The notes under the pieces were generated by a model. That model made no database searches, was not told the DNA's origin, and saw only the letters and a program-made list of their open reading frames with translations. From a virus, in the IMG/VR virus record IMGVR_UViG_3300045988_114753: 64,000 bases of DNA, one strand, 5' to 3'. Positions 26,787 to 32,184 of the stretch are shown in pieces. The first letter of the stretch is position 1; every line of letters starts with the position of its first letter. The position numbers were made by a program, and so were the translations under genes.

Positions 26787-27215
26787 TTATTTTAATTTTT
26801 CCTTTACTAATTCTAAATGATTTTCGTGTATGTTTCCTTGTTCTAGGTCTTCTAAAAGTGCCTTGTGTAGATTTCCCACATACTTTTTAAATGTTGTTAT
26901 AATCTTGTCTTCGTCGCCTTGTGTCTTTCTAAAAGCAACTTTTTTGCTTTCATATACTAAATATTTATTAGTAGGTTTTACAAGGTATCTGCTATTCTCA
27001 TTTTCTATTATGTAGTTATTTTCTGCCGTTTTTGTTATTTTAAATAATATACTAAACATATCATTGCAAAAATAACCATTGATTTCTTCTTGCTCGTTTT
27101 GTGCTAGAAATAATTGTACCCATAAAACATTATCTCCACTAAAACTATTTTTCATTATTGCTATTTTACTATTTTTAAATACTTCTTTATATGCTAATTC
27201 TAATTTACTTTCCAT
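26787..27215 (-). CDS. hypothetical protein
   Basis: 142 aa ORF from the track. Confidence 0.75.
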   Translation of the reverse strand: MESKLELAYKEVFKNSKIAIMKNSFSGDNVLWVQLFLAQNEQEEINGYFCNDMFSILFKITKTAENNYIIENENSRYLVKPTNKYLVYESKKVAFRKTQGDEDKIITTFKKYVGNLHKALLEDLEQGNIHENHLELVKEKLK

Positions 27216-27226
27216 ATTTTTTCCTC

Positions 27227-27394
27227 CTATTCGCTCGTTATCTTATTAAATGCACGGTTATATATTGTAGTAGCTTTTTCAACTCCTAAACTCTCTATAA
27301 TGTCCTTGTAATTTTCAAATATAAACCCCTTGAAATAACCATAATATAAACAATCATAACATATCATATAAAAGTCTTGTTCTAATCTTTCCAT
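27227..27394 (-). CDS. hypothetical protein (55 aa short form; track form extends to 27499)
   Basis: The internal ATG at 27394 follows a strong ACGGAGGAG RBS. The upstream 105 nt of the track ORF consists of DNA repeats and looks non-coding. Confidence 0.5.
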   Translation of the reverse strand: MERLEQDFYMICYDCLYYGYFKGFIFENYKDIIESLGVEKATTIYNRAFNKITSE

Positions 27395-27561
27395 AATAAC
27401 TCCTCCGTTCTTTCTCACGGCTCGTGTTATGGCTCTTGTTTCCATAAACACGGCTCGTGATTTCTTTCCGTCGTTTTCAAAAACCTTATAATGTGTCATT
27501 TCTTTCCATAATATGCTTTTTACAAAGCATATAGTCCGTGATTTCTTTCCATTAAGGCTTG
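27395..27561 (-). promoter_or_regulatory. repeat-rich intergenic regulatory region
   Basis: Contains a perfect 22 bp palindrome ATATGCTTT-ttac-AAAGCATAT (27511-27532). Also two copies of CGTGATTTCTTTCC and two copies of the small palindrome CACGGCTCGTG. Confidence 0.45.
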
Positions 27562-27846
27562 TTATTCTTCAGTTAAACCAAATCTAACCTCGTCCAAATC
27601 AACCCTATTAAAATTGATTTTATCCCCATAATGAAAATCTTTTAAAATGCCATATAACTCTAAATCACTCAAATCTTTTAACTTGTGCGTGTTATTGACA
27701 ATTCTAGTTATGCCCTCGTAGTTGTTTTGGTCGTTATTCAACCATAACATAACCAACCAAGTATCTCTATTACACCACCCGTTATAGTCCTCAAATGCTA
27801 ATTTATATTTTTTTGCATAGTTTGTTTTATATTCTTTATTATTCAT
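27562..27846 (-). CDS. hypothetical protein
   Basis: 94 aa ORF from the track. Confidence 0.7.
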   Translation of the reverse strand: MNNKEYKTNYAKKYKLAFEDYNGWCNRDTWLVMLWLNNDQNNYEGITRIVNNTHKLKDLSDLELYGILKDFHYGDKINFNRVDLDEVRFGLTEE

Positions 27847-27847
27847 A

Positions 27848-28096
27848 TTATAATACCTCCAATTTTTTATAATTATATTTTACACCATTTATTAATTCAT
27901 AGGCTAGTCGCTCGTTAATAATTGTATAATCATATTGTAAAGTTTTAATCATATCTCTAATACATAATGAGTTATTAATGATAAGATTAATATCGTCATA
28001 CAACCCAGTTGTTATATAAAGTTTTTTCTTCTTTTCACTATAATACCAATTAAGATTATTTTCTAGCATATAATTTTTTATTTCTTCTTTATTCAT
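27848..28096 (-). CDS. hypothetical protein
   Basis: 82 aa ORF, the first gene of the - strand block after the tandem promoter repeats. Confidence 0.7.
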   Translation of the reverse strand: MNKEEIKNYMLENNLNWYYSEKKKKLYITTGLYDDINLIINNSLCIRDMIKTLQYDYTIINERLAYELINGVKYNYKKLEVL

Positions 28097-28107
28097 AGTA
28101 ATCTCTC

Positions 28108-28156
28108 CTCTTTACACTTATATTATACCATAACTTTTTTAAACTAGGGAAGTAAA
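28108..28156 (-). promoter_or_regulatory. phage promoter repeat, copy A
   Basis: - strand reads TTTACTTCCCTAG-N13-TGGTATAAT-ATAAGTGTAAAGAGGAGAG. Confidence 0.6.
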
Positions 28157-28210
28157 TTGTATTTTTTACAACTTTTTTTTGCAACTTTTTGCACTCTCTA
28201 GTTGTATTAT

Positions 28211-28260
28211 TCCCTTTGTTAATTATATTATACCACAAGTTTTGCGAAGTAGGGAAGTAA
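28211..28260 (-). promoter_or_regulatory. phage promoter repeat, copy B
   Basis: - strand reads TTTACTTCCCTAC-N13-TGGTATAAT-ATAATTAACAAAGGG. No ORF lies before copy A, so it acts as a tandem promoter. Confidence 0.55.
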
Positions 28261-28270
28261 ATTGACTTTT

Positions 28271-28413
28271 CCCCGTTCTTTTTTGTTCGCCGTGTTATAT
28301 GTTCGCCCCGTTCTTCCTCGGCTCGGCTGTTATAGATAGACTTCTACACCTCGCCCCGTGTTAGGAATACACCCGAACACTTGTTCGCACGAACACCCGT
28401 TCGCCTTGTTCGC
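28271..28413. repeat. GC-rich iteron cluster (TGTTCGC / GCGAACA units plus CCCCGTTCTT direct repeat)
   Basis: TGTTCGC occurs at 28284, 28300, 28382 and 28407. CGTTCGC occurs at 28398. Inverted CGAACA occurs at 28374 and 28390, giving interlocking palindromes CGAACActTGTTCG and TGTTCGcaCGAACA. CCCCGTTCTT occurs at 28271 and 28307. Confidence 0.7.
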
Positions 28414-28464
28414 TTTTAGTATCATATCATTATTATTATATACTATTTTTATTTTAATATACAT
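28330..28464 (-). CDS. possible 44 aa protein overlapping the iteron cluster
   Basis: Not in the track. GGAGGTG lies 8 nt upstream of the ATG at 28464, just downstream of promoter repeat C. Coding status is uncertain because the sequence is dominated by DNA repeats. Confidence 0.35.
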   Translation of the reverse strand: MYIKIKIVYNNNDMILKANKANGCSCEQVFGCIPNTGRGVEVYL

Positions 28465-28482
28465 TTTTTTGACACCTCCTAA

Positions 28483-28530
28483 AAGTTACAATATAATTAT
28501 ATCATAAGTTTAGAAAAGCAGGGAAGTAAA
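28483..28530 (-). promoter_or_regulatory. phage promoter repeat, copy C
   Basis: - strand reads TTTACTTCCCTGC-N13-TGATATAAT-TATATTGTAACTTTTAGGAGG. Confidence 0.55.
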
Positions 28531-28619
28531 GGGGGCTTTTTTATTCCTATATAATAAGGAAAAGGAAAAGGCTTTTTTTGTAAAATTGTAAACTTTTTTA
28601 ATAAATTGTAAAAAAGGGG

Positions 28620-28648
28620 TTGTAATTTACTTTTTTTAGTGGTATAAT
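28620..28648 (+). promoter_or_regulatory. sigma-A type promoter (TTGTAA-17-TATAAT, extended -10 TGg)
   Basis: TTGTAA at 28620-28625, 17 nt spacer, TGGTATAAT ending at 28648. Preceded by three more TTGTAAA repeats (28578, 28586, 28607). Divergent from the - strand repeats. Confidence 0.6.
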
Positions 28649-28699
28649 TAAAGAGTAGTAAGGGAAAGACTACAAAAGAAAATAACGGAGGTGGAAAAA

Positions 28700-28921
28700 A
28701 TGAAAAAAAGAAAAGTCCTAAAAAATTATATATCATTTATATTATACTTTATTAATACGGCTTTAATAATGCTTGATATAATGCTATTAGCAGAGTTAAA
28801 CACTTGCATTTTATTTTATAGTATATCTATTAATATAGTGATTTTAAATACTTATATAATACATAATTTTAGCAGTAGGGCTTTTAATAATGAATATATG
28901 TATATATTCAAAGAGAATTAA
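28700..28921 (+). CDS. small hydrophobic membrane protein
   Basis: GGAGGTG lies upstream of the ATG at 28700 (the track starts at GTG 28691). Basic N-terminus followed by two hydrophobic stretches. Confidence 0.6.
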   Translation: MKKRKVLKNYISFILYFINTALIMLDIMLLAELNTCILFYSISINIVILNTYIIHNFSSRAFNNEYMYIFKEN

Positions 28922-28986
28922 AAGCAAGTATAAAAGAATAAAAACGGGGTAAAATAATAATAAGAAAATAAAGGAGATATAAAAAA

Positions 28987-29568
28987 ATGGAATTAAAAGA
29001 CATTAAAAGAATAATAGAAAATAAGGGGGAAACATTAACAAAGGAACTAAAAAAAGCAGAACTAAAAAGGGGTTATATGGTAAGTTTAGAGGGTACGGAA
29101 ACACAAACAAAAGGCGACGACTACCAAGCAATTATAAAAGCAATAGAGGAAAAACAAGCAATCATAAAAGATAAAAATAATATGTATATAGGTTTATGGC
29201 TTGATAGTAATATTATGTATATTGATATTAGTGTTAATATAATTGATAAGGTGGAGGCTTTAGAGTTTGGGAAGTATAACAAACAATTAGCAATTTACGA
29301 CCTAAAAAATAATGATAGTATATATTTAAAAGATTATAATTTTATAAAATATTATACATTATATGAAGTAATAAAAGATAGAAATAATAATATAATTGAT
29401 TATAAAATAAAAGAACAAAAAGAAAATATTAACCTATTTAAAAGCATAAAAGCGAGTGCTAAAACTTTATTAAATGCAACATATAATAGCATAGATAATA
29501 TAAAAAATGATAGTAGATTAATTAATAATAGATATATAATCATAAAAGATTATGATATAATTTTATAA
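28987..29568 (+). CDS. hypothetical protein
   Basis: 193 aa ORF. AAAGGAG lies upstream. Followed by a strong terminator. Confidence 0.75.
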   Translation: MELKDIKRIIENKGETLTKELKKAELKRGYMVSLEGTETQTKGDDYQAIIKAIEEKQAIIKDKNNMYIGLWLDSNIMYIDISVNIIDKVEALEFGKYNKQLAIYDLKNNDSIYLKDYNFIKYYTLYEVIKDRNNNIIDYKIKEQKENINLFKSIKASAKTLLNATYNSIDNIKNDSRLINNRYIIIKDYDIIL

Positions 29569-29585
29569 GATAATTCAAGAAAAAC

Positions 29586-29607
29586 GCCCTTTTAAGGGCT
29601 TTTTTTT
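29586..29607. terminator. bidirectional intrinsic terminator
   Basis: GCCCTT-tt-AAGGGC hairpin with T8 downstream on the + strand and a T5 run (GTTTTTC) downstream on the - strand. Confidence 0.75.
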
Positions 29608-29721
29608 GGTGCTTTTTTTGTTTTTAAGTATGCTTAAATATACATTTTAGCAATAAAACGGGGGTATTTTACAACGGAAAGCGAACAAGGGGCTTTTTTA
29701 TAATGTGTGCTGCTCTTTTCG

Positions 29722-29836
29722 CACATCCCCCTTAGCATTTCCCACCATCCCATCACCCACACATCCACTCCCCACACCTCACACACCATCTCCCATCTAT
29801 CACTCTCCATAATCCATCCTCACCACTTCAAACCCC
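29722..29836. repeat. strand-asymmetric C/A-rich tract (G/T-rich on - strand), essentially G-free on + strand
   Basis: One G in 115 nt of the + strand. Seven C3-5 runs and nine TCC (GGA on the - strand). No ORF. Confidence 0.8.
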
Positions 29837-29936
29837 GATAATACAAGGCTTCTCAGTTTTACCTCCTCTTTACACTCGTGGCGTACTGTCCGCACCCCTC
29901 CCCCTCGTTTACAATAATATAATTCCTAAACAAAAA

Positions 29937-29951
29937 AGAGGCATAGCCTCT
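29937..29951 (-). terminator. putative - strand intrinsic terminator
   Basis: - strand reads AGAGGC-tat-GCCTCT followed by TTTTTG. No T run follows on the + strand. Confidence 0.4.
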
Positions 29952-30103
29952 CTGTGACGAATACGGGCTCATCACGAGCTCTTAGTAACGTGGGCAGTAT
30001 AATTACCCTCTGAGCCTTATAAAACCTCATAAAACGGCTTAAAATGCCCTCTGTGAGGGTAGTGGCAGAATGTCGGGCGGAGGTTAGTAGTAACAGACTC
30101 TTT

Positions 30104-30222
30104 ATGTCTTAAGACATTAGTGTAGACTTTTAAAGCCTTAAGACTTATTATATATAAAGACACCTATATAGGAGTCATAATATATAGAGTCGAAGACATT
30201 TTCAAAATCTAGTCTTAAGACT
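30104..30222. repeat. three CTTAAG-centred palindromes (operator-like)
   Basis: ATGTCTTAAGACAT (30104-30117, perfect), AAGCCTTAAGACTT (30133-30146, imperfect) and AGTCTTAAGACT (30211-30222, perfect). Many extra AGAC(A/T)T half-sites lie nearby. Confidence 0.7.
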
Positions 30223-30400
30223 TTTTATGCCTATGTTCGTCTACACCTATAAGCTGTCTACTATTGTTAGATTTTGGAAATGCTCTTCTCCTAAACGATT
30301 TCATCGTTTTGCCAATGGCTCTCTATGGTTAACACCCGCTTAGATGAAATTGCTTTAGGACTGCCTACGCTATGCTCTTTTTAGACTTCAAAATGCCTTA

Positions 30401-30431
30401 ATGTAACTTTTGAGCCTTAAAAAAGTTACAT
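30401..30431. other. perfect 11 bp stem hairpin presenting GAGCCTTAA in the loop
   Basis: ATGTAACTTTT (30401-30411) pairs with AAAAGTTACAT (30421-30431). The loop carries the GCCTTA motif, which recurs five times in the region. Confidence 0.6.
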
Positions 30432-30550
30432 CGCCCTCTGCAAAGCCTTATAAATAAAGGTTAAAAAGTGCATTTCCTTAAAGATATATAGTATATAAAA
30501 AGACACCTAAAAAGGAGCCATAAAGAAACCCAGACCCTTTTTTCGTTTTG

Positions 30551-30579
30551 ATTTTACATTTTTGCAAATTACTTTACAA
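30551..30579 (-). promoter_or_regulatory. candidate sigma-A promoter reading leftward into the ORF-free region
   Basis: - strand reads TTGTAA (30579-30574), 17 nt spacer, TAAAAT (30556-30551). Embedded in TTGTAAA repeats. Such matches are common in AT-rich DNA. Confidence 0.3.
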
Positions 30580-30597
30580 TTTTACATTTTTTTATGC

Positions 30598-30626
30598 AAC
30601 AAAAAAAAAGACCTTGTGTGGTCTTT
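30598..30626 (-). terminator. intrinsic terminator of the small peptide gene (hairpin usable on both strands)
   Basis: AAAGACC-ttgtgt-GGTCTTT hairpin starts 1 nt after the stop codon. T6 follows on the - strand, and TTATTATTTT follows on the + strand. Confidence 0.7.
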
Positions 30627-30627
30627 A

Positions 30628-30738
30628 TTATTTTCGTGCAAAGTTTGTTGCTAAACGATAACGTCTTCTCTTACTAGCACTTTCTGGCGTAGCTTTAAAA
30701 GCATTCCAACATAAGGCTCCTAATAATAAATTAAACAT
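30628..30738 (-). CDS. 36 aa peptide MFNLLLGALCWNAFKATPESASKRRRYRLATNFARK
   Basis: Not in the track. GGAGG lies 7 nt upstream of the ATG at 30738. Has its own consensus promoter and its own terminator. Hydrophobic N-terminal half, Arg/Lys-rich C-terminal half. Confidence 0.55.
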   Translation of the reverse strand: MFNLLLGALCWNAFKATPESASKRRRYRLATNFARK

Positions 30739-30780
30739 TTTCATTCCTCCTTTTAATTATTTTCCCCTTTGGTTAAATAT

Positions 30781-30809
30781 AGTATACCACTAACAATATA
30801 ATTTGTCAA
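30781..30809 (-). promoter_or_regulatory. consensus sigma-A promoter (TTGACA-17-TATACT, extended -10 TGg)
   Basis: - strand reads TTGACAAATTATATTGTTAGTGGTATACT. Drives the 36 aa peptide gene. Confidence 0.7.
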
Positions 30810-30827
30810 CATTTTTTCAAAAATTCA

Positions 30828-30856
30828 TTGACATATATTATATATTATGATATTAT
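30828..30856 (+). promoter_or_regulatory. consensus sigma-A promoter (TTGACA-17-TATTAT, extended -10 TGa)
   Basis: TTGACA at 30828-30833, 17 nt spacer, TGATATTAT ending at 30856. Back to back with the - strand promoter. Heads the + strand block. Confidence 0.7.
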
Positions 30857-30883
30857 ATATATAAAGATAGGAGGATAAGAAAG

Positions 30884-31177
30884 ATGGAAGAGATACTGGC
30901 TGGCATACTGCAAGGCGAAGATGCAAGTTCACTATATGATAAATATATTGACTTCTTAGTAACGAGCGGATATGTTGATTACGACGGCGTTCCTCAAAAG
31001 TGCCCAATGTGTGGAAGCAAGCACCTAGTTGAGGACAATGCTGAAATTGGAGGATTTAATATACCAGAAGGATGCGTAACCGAATACGACGTGTATTGTG
31101 AAAACTGTAATAGTTTAGTGGCTCACTATGCTTATGGCAGTTGGGATTATGGGGAGGTTAATGATGAAGATTTTTAA
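30884..31177 (+). CDS. zinc-ribbon protein
   Basis: AGGAGG RBS. CPMCGS is paired with CENCNS. Confidence 0.75.
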   Translation: MEEILAGILQGEDASSLYDKYIDFLVTSGYVDYDGVPQKCPMCGSKHLVEDNAEIGGFNIPEGCVTEYDVYCENCNSLVAHYAYGSWDYGEVNDEDF

Positions 31178-31361
31178 GAGGCGACTTTATTGCTATTTAC
31201 TAGCCTATACTTGTAAAGGTGGCGAGGGCTGTATGACGGTGAACTTAGAACGCAAAATTAAGACGTCAGGCGACCTCAAAGAATTACAAAAATATATAGA
31301 AGATACGACCGAATGTGTAAATGTTGGTATTAAGAATTTTATATTAGTGGGTAGGTGTTAG
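31161..31361 (+). CDS. hypothetical protein
   Basis: Track gives 31128-31361. The ATG at 31161/31164 just after GGGGAGG is preferred. The start is uncertain. Confidence 0.5.
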   Translation: MMKIFKRRLYCYLLAYTCKGGEGCMTVNLERKIKTSGDLKELQKYIEDTTECVNVGIKNFILVGRC

Positions 31362-31363
31362 AT

Positions 31364-31606
31364 ATGTTTGATTTAGATGAATTGTTTAGAGGCTTCTCAA
31401 ATCAAGATGAATATATTGCTAGAGATATGATGATATTAGAGTTATTAATGAAAAAAGGCTTGATAACGCAGGAAGACATTGTGGAAGAGTTTTCAGCAGA
31501 TAATTTACAAGCCTATATTAAAATAGTACAAGACCAAAAGAAAGCTGAAGCTCAAAAAAGACTTGACGAGTATGCAGAGCGAAAAAAGAAAGATGGCACT
31601 GTTTAA
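31364..31606 (+). CDS. hypothetical protein
   Basis: The track starts at GTG 31355. The ATG at 31364 avoids overlap and follows GGTAGGTG. Confidence 0.65.
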   Translation: MFDLDELFRGFSNQDEYIARDMMILELLMKKGLITQEDIVEEFSADNLQAYIKIVQDQKKAEAQKRLDEYAERKKKDGTV

Positions 31607-31898
31607 CGAATTGCAAACTCTTGACTCTATATCTAGTGAAGCATTTCAGGTATTTGGTATGGTTAAGTCATACGAGCAACGTGGCGAAGATATATTGGTT
31701 GTTTGCTCGACATCACGAGTGGCTGAAGCCTTATTCAAAAATTATGCTAAGGATAGGCTAGGTAATAAAATGAACGTTAGTGGCAGATGGATTGAAATAG
31801 AGCCCAATAAAGGCAAAATATATTTTAAACCATTAAGTAGTCTACGCACGTGGTTACCTGGTCGCAGGTTTAAGAAAATATATTTTAGAGAGGACTGA
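31593..31898 (+). CDS. hypothetical protein
   Basis: Track gives 31563-31898. The internal ATG at 31593 gives a short overlap. The start is uncertain. Confidence 0.6.
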   Translation: MALFNELQTLDSISSEAFQVFGMVKSYEQRGEDILVVCSTSRVAEALFKNYAKDRLGNKMNVSGRWIEIEPNKGKIYFKPLSSLRTWLPGRRFKKIYFRED

Positions 31899-31902
31899 TA
31901 TT

Positions 31903-32184
31903 ATGGAAGAAAAGGTTAAAGTGTTAAAAGAACAGATATACGCCCGACTTCGTGGAGAGGCACCTAAGGTACAAGTCCAGCTTGGTGGTAGAAGTTCAGG
32001 TAATATGTATGCATTGCTATTAGCCCTCGACTCGTGTCTTATGGAATTGTACGAGGAGAACCAAGCATTACTTAGTAACCAAGAAAGTATTCTTGAAACG
32101 AATGGCGTCTTGTTGAGAAGATTACTCAAACTAAGTGGAATTACAGATGTGGAGGGCGTTATTAATGGCAAAAGTAACAGTTGA
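31903..32184 (+). CDS. hypothetical protein
   Basis: 93 aa ORF from the track. Confidence 0.7.
   Translation: MEEKVKVLKEQIYARLRGEAPKVQVQLGGRSSGNMYALLLALDSCLMELYEENQALLSNQESILETNGVLLRRLLKLSGITDVEGVINGKSNS

Noticed and set aside
15377-28530. CRISPR array (recurring ~48 bp repeat)
   Set aside because: The repeats are 0.1-3 kb apart and separated by protein-coding genes. They contain TGnTATAAT plus RBS-proximal leaders, so they are promoters, not CRISPR repeats.
28497-28736. 79 aa - strand ORF (Phe/Pro/Leu-rich)
   Set aside because: It is a low-complexity translation of the purine-rich + strand promoter/RBS region. It overlaps promoter repeat C and the + strand promoter and has no RBS.
29862-29880. 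Gene start (GTGTAAAGAGGAGG leader) in the ORF-free island
   Set aside because: The leader and RBS are conserved, but no ATG/GTG/TTG-initiated ORF longer than about 19 codons follows. It is treated as a relic or RNA feature, not a CDS.
29608-30627. Hidden protein-coding gene, tRNA or rRNA fragment in the ORF-free island
   Set aside because: All frames are broken every 10-35 codons and none of the short ORFs has an RBS. No cloverleaf or T-loop (GTTCGA-type) signature was seen here.
30825-31007. 60 aa - strand ORF across the divergent promoters
   Set aside because: It starts inside gene 30884-31177 on the opposite strand, runs through both consensus promoters, and has no RBS.
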